In this document: in pieces, positions 1-12,318 of the stretch
Layout: the number at the start of each line of letters is the position of its first letter
Numbering within the stretch: the stretch's first letter is position 1
Source of the DNA: Mycolicibacterium smegmatis
GTDB taxonomy: Bacteria > Actinomycetota > Actinomycetes > Mycobacteriales > Mycobacteriaceae
NCBI RefSeq assembly: GCF_001457595.1
Contig: NZ_LN831039.1
Span: forward strand, 1,350,001 to 1,382,000
Direction: 5' to 3'
Length of the DNA: 32,000 bases
Notes under the pieces: generated by a model
Seen by the model: the letters and a program-made list of their open reading frames with translations, nothing else
What the model was told of the DNA's origin: nothing
The model's database searches: none
Position numbers and translations under genes: made by a program

Positions 1-760
1 TCGGGTCGATGTTCGAGTAGTCGGGAATGTTCCCCAGGTCGTTGAGGGCGGTGGCCAGTTCAGCTTTCAGCTTGCGGACCTTTTCGAATGCAGGGCTGCC
101 GGCCCCACCTGTATACGCGGCGCTCATCGCCTCATCGAGCTGCTTCTGTATGCCGCGAATTTTGGTCATCTGGTCGATGACGGCCTGGTTGGTCGCCTCT
201 TGGAGCTCTTCGAGCAGAACGGTGGGATCTGTGTGCGGCGCACCATCGGGTACCTGGATTGGTTTGTCGGCGACCGCAACCCGCAGCGCGTTCCCTATCT
301 CGACATCGGTGGCAGTGGCTTTGACAAGTAGAGCTTTGAGCCGCTCCTCGGCGGTCGCCCGCACCCGTTCTCGTTGTGCGGCTTCGTCTTCGTCGGTAAC
401 GTCCGCGGCTTGAGGATCCACCACCGAGCCATTCGGCTGTATCTGCATACCCAATGACTCGGGCTCGGCGCGCGCGGCTGCCAGTTCGTTGATACACCAA
501 CGCACGTCTTTGATCGCGGTATCAATGATGCCCGCGACTGCGGTTGTTTCACGATGCTGTTGGTCGACTTCGACCATCGCTTTGCCATGTTCAGTACGCC
601 ACGCCTCGGCCGCGTCTCCATGCCAATCGTCCAAGCTCTTCTTGGTGGCATCGAGGCCGTCGCCTAGCCGCCGGAGGCTATGACCGGCATTGAGCACACT
701 GTCTTTCACCTGTTGAAGAAGGCCGACGTCCCACTGCTCGATGTCCGGAATCGAGACCAC
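1..760 (-). CDS. WXG-motif protein, N-terminal part only (3' end lies beyond window start); probable type VII secretion-associated protein
   Basis: Absent from the ORF track because it has no in-window stop. My minus-strand translation from GTG at 760 stays open to position 1 (VVSIPDIEQWDVGLL...SLDDWHGDAAEAWRTEHG...). W-H-G is at 617-625. The GTG sits 3 nt after the TAG (764-766) of the upstream gene. Family assignment is by resemblance only. Confidence 0.55.
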   Translation of the reverse strand, partial: MVSIPDIEQWDVGLLQQVKDSVLNAGHSLRRLGDGLDATKKSLDDWHGDAAEAWRTEHGKAMVEVDQQHRETTAVAGIIDTAIKDVRWCINELAAARAEPESLGMQIQPNGSVVDPQAADVTDEDEAAQRERVRATAEERLKALLVKATATDVEIGNALRVAVADKPIQVPDGAPHTDPTVLLEELQEATNQAVIDQMTKIRGIQKQLDEAMSAAYTGGAGSPAFEKVRKLKAELATALNDLGNIPDYSNIDP

Positions 761-763
761 GGG

Positions 764-1072
764 CTAAAGGGACGTTTCGGACTTCTGAATCTCGTCGGAG
801 GCGCTATGGTCCGTTGTGAGATAGCCCGCAACGGCTTCGGACATCGCGCTACCGATCCGTCCTACCTCGGTGTGCAATGCAGCCCGTTTGTCCGCCCAAC
901 ACGTCGCCACGTGCCCGAGGGCGGCGGCGATCTCGCCGTTCCACTTTCCGGCGGCACTCACGAGCTCATCGTCGTGGTTGGAGTGTTCACGTCGTGACGT
1001 GTCCATGTGATCAAGCATGGCGCTTGAAGCGTGATGAAGACTCTCGACATTGACACGCAACGGCTCAGGCAT
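764..1072 (-). CDS. small EspC/DUF2580-like type VII secretion target family protein (102 aa)
   Basis: ORF-track protein MPEPLRVNVESLHHASSAMLDHMD... has the LxVxxExL...A..LD start and the ~100-aa helical size typical of mycobacterial T7SS target proteins. It is tightly coupled to the WXG-motif gene downstream. Confidence 0.5.
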   Translation of the reverse strand: MPEPLRVNVESLHHASSAMLDHMDTSRREHSNHDDELVSAAGKWNGEIAAALGHVATCWADKRAALHTEVGRIGSAMSEAVAGYLTTDHSASDEIQKSETSL

Positions 1073-1108
1073 AGTTCCCCCTCAGAGAAATACTGATAGA
1101 CAATTTTA

Positions 1109-2811
1109 CTAGCCCGGATTTTTCGTCGATGGTGATGGCGGTGGATTTGTAGGGCGTGATGGTTGGTCGGGTGACGTCTGCGGTCACAAGGCATGCTGGG
1201 GTGGTCCCGTGTCGCCGGGTGGGGCGGGCTTTCCCATGGCCGGTAGGTCTTTCGTGATCGATCGGTCGGGAGGCCGGCTGTTATCCGAAGGCGGTGCGCA
1301 GGTGTTGCCAGGCGGTGGCGATCGCCGATGCCCAGCGCCAGGTGGCGTCGATGCGCAGCCGGAGTTGGCGGGCGCCGCGGGTGATGCGGGCTGCGACGTG
1401 CAGCACGCGGTAGCGGAACGTGGCGATCTCGGCGCGGGCCAGCGTCGGATCACTGGTGAATCCGATGAGCCGTGCCCAGGTGACCAGGTCGGTGGCGGCC
1501 AGGACGATCTCGAGCCAGGCGGCGTTGGCCCAGAAGCCGTGACACGGCAGGTTGCGTAGGCCGGTGTTCTTGAGTTCGCGGATGCGGTCCTCGACGCGGG
1601 CGTGCTGGCGGTGCCGCAACTCCAGGCCGGCGACTTGGCCGGCCACGACACCGGTGGGTGTGTCGGTGATGAACGCGGTGACGCGCATTCCGTCGGTGTC
1701 GGTGAACCGCAGCTGGGCGCCGGGATGCGGTCTCTCCTTGCGCAGGATCAGCCGGGTGCCCGGCGGCCAGCTGTTGAGGTTGACCAAGGTGGTGGCCTCG
1801 GCGACCCAGGCGCCGTCACGGATGCCGCCGTCGGTGTCGATGGCCGGGTACCAGCCCTCGGCAAGGTTGAGGGTGTCGGCGGCGTCCTGGACGCGGGCGT
1901 CGACGGGGTAGCCGAAGGAGAATCCGACTCCCTGCTCGCGGCAGGCGTCGGCGAATCGGTGGGTGGCTCCGGCGGTGTCGCAACGCACCAGCACCTGGGG
2001 CCGGTCGGGATCACCGCCACGACTCGAGTCGGGCCGCCACGGCGCGGGCAGCGCTGCCAGCGCCTGGGCCAGGACGATGATGTGGTCGCTGGCGGTGTTG
2101 GAGCCCGCGTTGCCGCTGCGCAGCAGCCCGGCCAGGGCTTCCCCGCCGGCGATCTCGGGGCGGTCCAGGAACGCCAGCAGCGGATGGTGTCCGAACGTTT
2201 TCTTCCAGGTCGGCGTCGCGCCGTGTTTGTTGTCGGAGTGATCGATCACCACGGTGGCGTCGATGTCGATGTGCAGCCAGCCACCCGGTTCGGGGGCCGC
2301 ACCGGCGGCCCAGGCCGCCGCCCGCGCGCTGGCGCGGGCCGCGCGCACCGCAGGCAGGTGTGCGGCGTCGATGCGCTCATCGACCAGCCGCCACATCGTG
2401 GTCGTGGAGGCTTTCGCGCCGAACGCGTGCTCACGGTCGCCGCACAGTTGGCCGACCCCGTCAATGCAGTCCGCGCCGTCGGCGACCGCCGCGGCCAGAT
2501 CGGCGAACACCTCGCCGGGTGCGTAGGTCCACGGCCCGCGGTAGGTGTCGGCCAAAGCGCCGGTGACCTGCGCTGATAGGCCGGTCCGGTCGGCCAGTTC
2601 CCGCAGTAGGCCCATCCCGGCGTGCGACACGACCCCGTGGCCGTCGGCTGACACTTTCACCCGCGATGCGGCCGCGATACTCTTCACCTGCGAAGTGCCT
2701 TCCCGTCAGGATGGTTGAACCCTAGAGAAGTCCAATTATCCCTTGCAGGACAGGCACTTTCGCTTATCTACACGCCCTCACCAGAGATAATCCGCGAAAA
2801 ATCTGGGCTAG
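1109..2811 (-). mobile_element. IS1380-family insertion sequence (element 1113-2807) flanked by a 4-bp CTAG direct repeat
   Basis: Imperfect terminal inverted repeats: CCCGGATTTTTCG at 1113 and the reverse complement of CGAAAAATCTGGG ending at 2807. These resemble the CCTAGATT... ends I recall for ISEcp1. CTAG occurs at 1109-1112 and 2808-2811. There is a single transposase ORF inside. Confidence 0.8.
1281..2687 (-). CDS. IS1380 family DDE transposase (468 aa)
   Basis: Full-length ORF with stretches I recognise from IS1380-family transposases (SHAGMGLLRELADRTGL, LRHRQHARVEDRIRELKNTGLRNLP, FRYRVLHVAARITRGARQLRLRI). Confidence 0.92.
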   Translation of the reverse strand: MKSIAAASRVKVSADGHGVVSHAGMGLLRELADRTGLSAQVTGALADTYRGPWTYAPGEVFADLAAAVADGADCIDGVGQLCGDREHAFGAKASTTTMWRLVDERIDAAHLPAVRAARASARAAAWAAGAAPEPGGWLHIDIDATVVIDHSDNKHGATPTWKKTFGHHPLLAFLDRPEIAGGEALAGLLRSGNAGSNTASDHIIVLAQALAALPAPWRPDSSRGGDPDRPQVLVRCDTAGATHRFADACREQGVGFSFGYPVDARVQDAADTLNLAEGWYPAIDTDGGIRDGAWVAEATTLVNLNSWPPGTRLILRKERPHPGAQLRFTDTDGMRVTAFITDTPTGVVAGQVAGLELRHRQHARVEDRIRELKNTGLRNLPCHGFWANAAWLEIVLAATDLVTWARLIGFTSDPTLARAEIATFRYRVLHVAARITRGARQLRLRIDATWRWASAIATAWQHLRTAFG

Positions 2812-2949
2812 CGCGTGCCGAAGTAATGCGTCACAGATTCGCGGCACGCCTCAGACGTTTGACCAGCGTGGAGTCGTGGAAGGTGCGGTTGTGGTAGCGG
2901 CCAGCCCGAATCATGGCTGACGGGAAGCCGCGGTTCGACGTCTTCCAGA

Positions 2950-2994
2950 ATGTTGTCGAACGGCTACAATCGGCGATGTTGTCGAACGACTACA
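2950..2994 (+). promoter_or_regulatory. tandem 19-bp direct repeat, candidate operator of the downstream XRE regulator
   Basis: ATGTTGTCGAACGGCTACA (2950-2968) and ATGTTGTCGAACGACTACA (2976-2994) differ at one base. Starts are spaced 26 bp apart. The second copy ends 13 bp before the ATG at 3008. Confidence 0.35.
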
Positions 2995-3007
2995 TGGTGG
3001 TGGCGGG

Positions 3008-3331
3008 ATGCAGATCAAGACCATGGGCGACGTCGGTGCACTTGTTCGCTCCGCTCGAACCGCACGCGGGATGACGCAGGCGGACCTTGCCCAGCGGTTG
3101 CGCATCAGCCGGGATTGGGTCGTCCGACTCGAGAAAGGCCACCCTCGGCTTGAGGCGCAACGTGTGATTGACGCGCTGCGTGTCGCCGGCGTGAGCCTAG
3201 AGGCGACCGTGGCTGATACGCAGGGGAGTGGTCCGCGTAAACGGGTCCGAAAGACCAGTGTTCAGAAGCCCGCGCCTACCTCGAAGGCGCCAGACCCCTT
3301 CGACGCACTGTTTGGCACTAGCCAGGATTGA
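3008..3331 (+). CDS. XRE-family helix-turn-helix transcriptional regulator (HipB/Y4mF antitoxin-like, 107 aa)
   Basis: The pattern GALVRSARTARGMTQADLAQRLRISRDWVVRLEKG is a classic Cro/C1-type HTH. No toxin partner is visible next to it. Confidence 0.8.
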   Translation: MQIKTMGDVGALVRSARTARGMTQADLAQRLRISRDWVVRLEKGHPRLEAQRVIDALRVAGVSLEATVADTQGSGPRKRVRKTSVQKPAPTSKAPDPFDALFGTSQD

Positions 3332-3375
3332 TCTGGACGTTGCGTGTTTGTCGTTGTCTCGCCGCGAATCCGTGC

Positions 3376-4668
3376 TCACCCCGCGATCGGTCGATGAACA
3401 TCCAACAGTGCAAGGTCGGCTGCGGTGCGTCCGGCCAACCATCCTGCGCCGTTGGATACCGACAATTCGCGGGGAACTGTGGTGGGAAACAGTCGATCGG
3501 TCAGGTCATCGGTGGCCTGGCTACGTGCGGCCAGAACCGGAAGCAACGCGTCGCGATCCATCTCCGTGGCCACCGTCGCTGAGGTGGCCGTGAGGCGTTC
3601 ACCGATACGAGCGGCGTAGGACAGAAGAAAAGACTGGCGGAACGAGCGTGTCCGGGTCTGCCGGCCGTTGGTCCCACGGCCGGCCGCCAGCATCGCCCGG
3701 TTGGCCTGCACCAGGAGCGAGGTGGACAGCAGCTCAACGAAATCCACATCGCAGTCGGCACCGATGACCGCGACGAATCCGATCTTCTCCGCGCACACCA
3801 TGCGACACCGGTTGGCCGTTGCCACGGACTGCACCAGTGCCGACTTCGCAACGACGTAGGGATTGTCGATCCAGATCCGCCGGGCAACGGCCTCCATCGC
3901 ATCGTTGCGTTGGTGGTCCCGAATCGCATGGTGCAGTGAGTATCTGCTCATCAGCTCTTGGGCCTTGGCCGAAAGCGCTTCTGCTTCTTCGGTGAACTCG
4001 GTGGCCTCTGCCTTGGCCAGCAGCCCGCGCACCCGGCTGAGCACTTTGGCGTCGGCCTCGTTCGCAGCGACGGAAGCCACGTGCTGGGCGGCGCCTGGCA
4101 GTGGAAGCAATGGTTCCAGGATCGGCAGGGTTCCGAGGAACCGCAGCACCTTCAGCACCACCGTCAATGCCGTGCGATGGTGGACACCTTGTCTGCTTGC
4201 CCAGCCCCACATTTGGGGAGCGTCTGGGATTCCGCCGGCGGACAACGCCGCAACCTCCGCGCGCCATCGCGGATGCAGTGCGGTGGAGGCATATTGGCGG
4301 GACTCGAGAACGATTGCCTCGGCGAGGTAGCCGGCGCTCGATGCGTCGAGACGGCGACGAGCGAACTCATGCAGATCATTCGGCGCCCAACCTGCCTGCC
4401 ACGCCCCGCCGATGGCGACGGCCATGGCACCATCGGCGGCGACATCGAGATCGTGCGCCCAGTCGCGACACTCGTCGAGCAGTTCGGTGGCATGGGATTC
4501 GGCGTCGTGGTCAGGACACATCGCGCAGTGGTGCAACCGTGCGATGAGATGGTCGAGTACGGCGACACGGTCGTACTCGGGAGCGGTGTTCCAGCGTCCC
4601 TGTCGGGACGACGCGCGCCGGCGATCCTTCTGCTTGGCGGCGCGTTTTTGGCGATTGCGGCGGCTCAT
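3376..4668 (-). CDS. DUF2786 domain-containing protein
   Basis: Hallmark segment KVLSRVRGLLAKAEATEFTEEAEALSAKAQELMSRYSL. I place the start at the internal MSRRNRQKRAAKQK (ATG at 4668) rather than the track start at 4824, which would run into the divergent FGE gene. Confidence 0.75.
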   Translation of the reverse strand: MSRRNRQKRAAKQKDRRRASSRQGRWNTAPEYDRVAVLDHLIARLHHCAMCPDHDAESHATELLDECRDWAHDLDVAADGAMAVAIGGAWQAGWAPNDLHEFARRRLDASSAGYLAEAIVLESRQYASTALHPRWRAEVAALSAGGIPDAPQMWGWASRQGVHHRTALTVVLKVLRFLGTLPILEPLLPLPGAAQHVASVAANEADAKVLSRVRGLLAKAEATEFTEEAEALSAKAQELMSRYSLHHAIRDHQRNDAMEAVARRIWIDNPYVVAKSALVQSVATANRCRMVCAEKIGFVAVIGADCDVDFVELLSTSLLVQANRAMLAAGRGTNGRQTRTRSFRQSFLLSYAARIGERLTATSATVATEMDRDALLPVLAARSQATDDLTDRLFPTTVPRELSVSNGAGWLAGRTAADLALLDVHRPIAG

Positions 4669-4780
4669 GTCTGGATTCTGGCGGAGGGGTCTGACATGAA
4701 ACGCCGACGTTCGGCTGCCGCGAAGAAACGCGCCCTGTCCGCCCTGCAACCAGACGCACCTCGTGCCTACGCTGTGCCGC

Positions 4781-5656
4781 ATGCTCACCGAACTGGTCGC
4801 CCTTGACGGCGGCACTTTCCGCATGGGATCGCAGGACTTCTATCCCGAGGAAGCACCCGTGCACGAGGTCAGCGTCGCGCCGTTCTCGATCGAGCGTCAT
4901 CCCGTCACCAACGCACAGTTCGCGGAGTTCGTCGCCGCCACCGGGTATGTCACGGTCGCCGAACAGGAACTCGACCCGGCCGCGTTCCCGGGCGTGCCCG
5001 CCGACGAGCTGGTGCCCGGCGCCCTGGTGTTCCAGCCCACCGAGGGGCCGGTGAACCTGCGGGACTGGCGGCAGTGGTGGACGTGGGTGCCCGGCGCGTG
5101 CTGGAAGCACCCGAAAGGACCCGGATCGTCGATCGACGACGTGCCGGATCACCCGGTGGTGCAGGTCGCCTACCCCGACGCCGCGGCGTACGCGGCCTGG
5201 GCCGGTCGCCGGCTGCCCACCGAGGCGGAGTGGGAGTACGCCGCGCGGGCGGGCGCGACGACCGTCTACGCGTGGGGGGACGACGTGCGGCCCGATGGGC
5301 AGTTGATGGCCAACACCTGGCAGGGGCGGTTCCCGTACCGCAACGACGGGGCCCTGGGCTGGACGGGCACGTCACCGGTCGGCGCGTTCCCGCCGAACGG
5401 GTTCGGCCTGGTCGACATGATCGGCAACGTGTGGGAGTGGACCTCGACCCGGTACACGCCCCGGCACAGCCGGCGCCCGGAGGTGTCCGGATGCTGCCCC
5501 GCACCGGGCGGGGACCCGTCGATCCATCAGACGCTCAAGGGTGGCTCACACCTGTGCGCCCCGGAGTACTGCCACCGCTATCGGCCCGCGGCACGCTCGT
5601 CGCAGTCGCAGGACAGCGCCACCACGCACATCGGTTTCCGCTGCGTCGCGGGCTGA
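4781..5656 (+). CDS. formylglycine-generating enzyme (FGE/SUMF1 family)
   Basis: Motifs include GGTFRMGS, RHPVTNAQFAEFV, RLPTEAEWEYAAR, GNVWEWT and LKGGSHLCAPEYCHRYRPAAR, which carries the catalytic Cys pair. The start could be 4763 or 4781. Confidence 0.92.
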   Translation: MLTELVALDGGTFRMGSQDFYPEEAPVHEVSVAPFSIERHPVTNAQFAEFVAATGYVTVAEQELDPAAFPGVPADELVPGALVFQPTEGPVNLRDWRQWWTWVPGACWKHPKGPGSSIDDVPDHPVVQVAYPDAAAYAAWAGRRLPTEAEWEYAARAGATTVYAWGDDVRPDGQLMANTWQGRFPYRNDGALGWTGTSPVGAFPPNGFGLVDMIGNVWEWTSTRYTPRHSRRPEVSGCCPAPGGDPSIHQTLKGGSHLCAPEYCHRYRPAARSSQSQDSATTHIGFRCVAG

Positions 5657-5780
5657 CGCAGTGGCGGATTTCGCACCGTAACGCCGTCGCATAGCCGCTG
5701 GCCTAGGACTTTACGAAGTAACAGGTGGCGTAACACTGCACGTATCGCCACCCGGTGATTCCGGTGGCACAGTAACTCGC

Positions 5781-6605
5781 ATGACCCGGCGCCCCCACAT
5801 CCCGCCAAAGGACTTCCCCCGTCCTGCGACGCGCGAGTACGCCGGCACCCGGGCCGATGCGGCCCGGTGGGCCCGTGACGTGCTGCGCGGCAAGATCCTC
5901 GACGGCGTCTACGGCGGGCTGGCCGCAGCCCGCCCCATGCTGCCGCCCGAGAACGAACTGGCCGCCGAGTTCGGCGTCAGCCGCAACGCGATCCGCGAAG
6001 CGCTCGAGCTGCTGCGCGGCGAGGGGCTGATCACGCGTGTGCAAGGCGCGGGCACGTTCGTCACCGGCGCCAAACTGAGCCAGCGCATCGACCGCCTCGA
6101 AGGTCTCGCCGAATCCCTTGCGGGACACCAACTGCCCGTGGAGAACACGGTGTTGTCGGTGCGTGAGTCGGTGGCATCGCCGTTCGTCGCGGCCAAACTC
6201 CAACTGCCCGAGGGCGCGCCGATCCTGTTCATCGAACGGTTGCGCTCGGTCGGCGGGGTGCCGCTGTCGCTGGACACGACCTCGCTGCGGCTCGGCGCGG
6301 TCAGCGTCGACGACAACCTCGACCGACAGGACGTCTTCGCGCTGATCGAGCGGGAACTCGGGATGCGCCTGGGCTGGGCCGAGATGACCGTCGAATCGGT
6401 GTCCGCCGACGCCGATACCGCCAAACTTCTGCAAATCCGTTCCGGTGCACCGCTGTTGTTGCTGCACCGGCTCACCCATCTCGAAGACGGCACCCCGTTC
6501 GACTTCGAGACCGTGCGGTACCGCGGTGACCGCTGCACGCTGATGACCACCGCCGCCCGGGGAGTCGACGAGCCACCCCAGGCCCCGCAAGAGCCGCCAC
6601 AGTAG
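5781..6605 (+). CDS. GntR-family (HutC/UTRA-type) transcriptional regulator
   Basis: GntR winged HTH ENELAAEFGVSRNAIREALELLRGEGLITRVQGAGTFV, followed by a ~150-aa effector domain of UTRA size and pattern. Confidence 0.88.
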   Translation: MTRRPHIPPKDFPRPATREYAGTRADAARWARDVLRGKILDGVYGGLAAARPMLPPENELAAEFGVSRNAIREALELLRGEGLITRVQGAGTFVTGAKLSQRIDRLEGLAESLAGHQLPVENTVLSVRESVASPFVAAKLQLPEGAPILFIERLRSVGGVPLSLDTTSLRLGAVSVDDNLDRQDVFALIERELGMRLGWAEMTVESVSADADTAKLLQIRSGAPLLLLHRLTHLEDGTPFDFETVRYRGDRCTLMTTAARGVDEPPQAPQEPPQ

Positions 6606-6667
6606 CCGGCGCTTCTCCACCTCACCTTCACCCGTAACACCCCCGTTTACAGAGAGGTAGTTCAACC

Positions 6668-9998
<3,331 letters not shown>

Positions 9999-10322
9999 TC
10001 ACACGAGCGCCAGATACGTCATCACCAGGACGCCCTCGGCGATGATCGCGACACCGGCCGCCCGGACATGAGTCCGGGCGGCCGCGGCGCGCGGATGGGC
10101 CAGCAGCCGGCGACGCCGGTGGGCGCCGAGCGCGAACACGCATGCCGCCAACATCGCGACTGCCGCCACCACAACAAGCCGTCCCGGCGCCTGCAGAATG
10201 TCCCTGTCGCGCAGCAGCACCAGCACGCCGGAGGCCGCGATGGCCAGTGCCGTTCGGGTCCAGGCCAGCGCGGTGCGTTCGGCCTGCAACCCCCGGTCCT
10301 CGGCCAGCGCCTGGCGCGTCAT
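9999..10322 (-). CDS. DUF202 (YidH-like) small membrane protein (107 aa)
   Basis: Internal start [32 protein letters not shown]... carries the ERT.LAW.RT motif of DUF202. Its ATG (10322) overlaps the TGA of the upstream gene (ATGA). The longer 236-aa track ORF is rejected. Confidence 0.7.
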   Translation of the reverse strand: MTRQALAEDRGLQAERTALAWTRTALAIAASGVLVLLRDRDILQAPGRLVVVAAVAMLAACVFALGAHRRRRLLAHPRAAAARTHVRAAGVAIIAEGVLVMTYLALV

Positions 10323-10699
10323 CGGAACGTCGCGGCGATCGCCAGGGCGACGGTGACCAGGCCCATCATCGACAGCCCGGCCGCCAGGTAGGTCGGCACC
10401 GCGACGCGCGGCAGCGGTTCGTCGCGGCGCATCGCGCGATCCACCTGCGACCACCGGTGCAGACCCGCCATCGACGTCAAGATCGCCATGGCGCCGACCG
10501 TCATCCCGAGGACGTGCCGAAGGCCCGGAATCGTCAGCTCCGGCAGGAACTGCACCACCGCGACGGCCGCGGCCAGCAGTCCGAGCGAGGTGCGTTGCCA
10601 GGCAAGGAACGTGCGCTCGTTGGCCAGGGTGAACCGGTAGTCGGGTTCGATCAGCGTTTCGACGCTCACCGTTTTCGGATTCTCCACGGCTCCAAGCAT
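10319..10699 (-). CDS. DUF202 (YidH family) membrane protein (126 aa)
   Basis: [25 protein letters not shown] motif plus three hydrophobic segments. Confidence 0.8.
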   Translation of the reverse strand: MLGAVENPKTVSVETLIEPDYRFTLANERTFLAWQRTSLGLLAAAVAVVQFLPELTIPGLRHVLGMTVGAMAILTSMAGLHRWSQVDRAMRRDEPLPRVAVPTYLAAGLSMMGLVTVALAIAATFR

Positions 10700-10830
10700 T
10701 TCCGAACAATCAGTGCTGTTCCAGAGCCGATTCGGTGGCGTAACTTCGCTGTCGTACCGGTGCGGATGGCGTAACTATCACGCAACGTCTGATGACAGCG
10801 AGGTAACAGAAGCGGTCGACCCTTATCGGT

Positions 10831-12288
10831 ATGGACAAGGCACAACACGATTCCCCACGCCGGTGGCGCGCCCGCTCGGCTGCGCTGCTGGCGGCGGTCA
10901 CCGTCGGCGGCGCGCAGCTGCTGACCGGGTGCGGTCTGCTGGCCGAGCCCACCGTCGTGGTCAACGTCGGCTACCAGTCCAAGACCATCAACACCGTCAA
11001 CGCCGGCACCCTGCTGCGCGACCGCGGGGACTTCGAGGCCGAGCTCAAGCAGATCGGCGCGTCCACCGGCACCAAGTACCGCGTGGTGTGGCAGGACTTC
11101 GCATCCGGTGCGCCGTTGACCGCGCAGATGATCGCCACGCACGTCGACATCGGCTCGATGGGCGACTATCCGTTGCTCACCAACGGGTCCAAGACGCGTA
11201 AGTACGACGACGCGGTCACCGAGATGATCGCCACCACCGGCTACAACCTGCGCGGGTCGCTGAATCAGGTGGTGGTACCGAGTGATTCGGCCGCGCAGAC
11301 GCTCGACGATCTCACCGGCAAGAAGGTGTCGACCAGTCTCGGGTCGGCCGGTGACGGCATGTTCTCCTCGGCGCTCAAGGGCAACGGGATCGACAAGAAC
11401 GCCGTGCAGATCGTCAACCAGGACCCGTCGGTCGGGGCGTCGGCCATCGACGGACGCCAGGTCGACGCGCTCGCGCAGTTCGTGCCGTGGCCACAGTTGG
11501 TGATCTACCGCAACCAGGGCCGGCTGCTGTACGACGGCGGCGACAACAACGTGCCCACGTTCCACGGCGTGGTGGTGCGCCGCCAGTTCGCCGACCAACG
11601 CCCCGAGGTGATGAGCGCGTTCATGCGGGCCATGCGATCCACCACCGACGCGATCGTCGCCGACCCCGTGGGGTCCGCCCAGCGCATCGGTGAACTCACC
11701 GGCATCGAACCCGAGGTGATCTACCTCTACAACGGCCCCAACGGCCTGGTGAGCTTCGACATGACGCTCAAACAGCAGTTCCTGGGCGCCTTCGCGGCGG
11801 TCAAGGACTATCTGGTCGGGCGTGGTTCGGTGACAGCGGATTTCGACGTTCCCGGGTTCATCAACGACGCGTACCTGCGGGACCTGTTCGGCGACGAATA
11901 CCCCGCGCGCAGCGCCAGCGTCGCAAACCCCATGAAGCTCAGCGGTTTCGACGAGATCTGCGCGCTCCCGGTCGATGATCCCGCGCAGGCCTCCGAGCTG
12001 TGGGCCGCCGGCGCCGACACCACCGACGTCGCGGCGACCCCCAGCTGCCTGTTGCGCCGCGTCGCCGCGACGCCCGAGGTGCGCGCGGCCTACGTACCCG
12101 ACACCGCGACCGGGCTGCGGATCTTCGCCGACCATGCGGTGTGGCTGCAGGATCCGTCCGCACCACCGACGCAGCGCTTCAAGCCGTTCGCCACCCCGGC
12201 GGGCGCCGAGTCCTACCGTGCCCAACACCCCGACGCCGTCGTCGTCTCCTACACCGCTGCGGTCGGGCATTCCCGCGCCGCCAAATAG
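10831..12288 (+). CDS. ABC transporter substrate-binding lipoprotein, NMT1/SsuA/TauA-like, with ~120-aa C-terminal extension
   Basis: Signal peptide with lipobox LLTGC. The body resembles sulfonate/nitrate/taurine binders (VVNVGYQSKTINT..., DIGSMGDYP). It is followed by cognate permease and ATPase genes. Confidence 0.8.
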   Translation: MDKAQHDSPRRWRARSAALLAAVTVGGAQLLTGCGLLAEPTVVVNVGYQSKTINTVNAGTLLRDRGDFEAELKQIGASTGTKYRVVWQDFASGAPLTAQMIATHVDIGSMGDYPLLTNGSKTRKYDDAVTEMIATTGYNLRGSLNQVVVPSDSAAQTLDDLTGKKVSTSLGSAGDGMFSSALKGNGIDKNAVQIVNQDPSVGASAIDGRQVDALAQFVPWPQLVIYRNQGRLLYDGGDNNVPTFHGVVVRRQFADQRPEVMSAFMRAMRSTTDAIVADPVGSAQRIGELTGIEPEVIYLYNGPNGLVSFDMTLKQQFLGAFAAVKDYLVGRGSVTADFDVPGFINDAYLRDLFGDEYPARSASVANPMKLSGFDEICALPVDDPAQASELWAAGADTTDVAATPSCLLRRVAATPEVRAAYVPDTATGLRIFADHAVWLQDPSAPPTQRFKPFATPAGAESYRAQHPDAVVVSYTAAVGHSRAAK

Positions 12289-12318
12289 CCGCCCCACCAC
12301 TCACGAGAGGAAACACTC

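Noticed and set aside
1602-2576. 324-aa plus-strand ORF inside the IS1380 element
   Set aside because: It is antisense to the full-length transposase. The translation is Gly/Arg/Val-rich without motifs.
4669-4824. N-terminal 52-aa extension of the DUF2786 ORF
   Set aside because: The extension would overlap the divergent FGE gene start. The extension is Arg/Ser/Gly-rich and shows no family feature. The internal MSRRNRQKR start gives a sensible divergent intergenic region.
10666-12300. 544-aa minus-strand ORF
   Set aside because: It is antisense to the ABC substrate-binding protein gene. Its composition is low-complexity (G/R/D/H/V) and it has no family resemblance.
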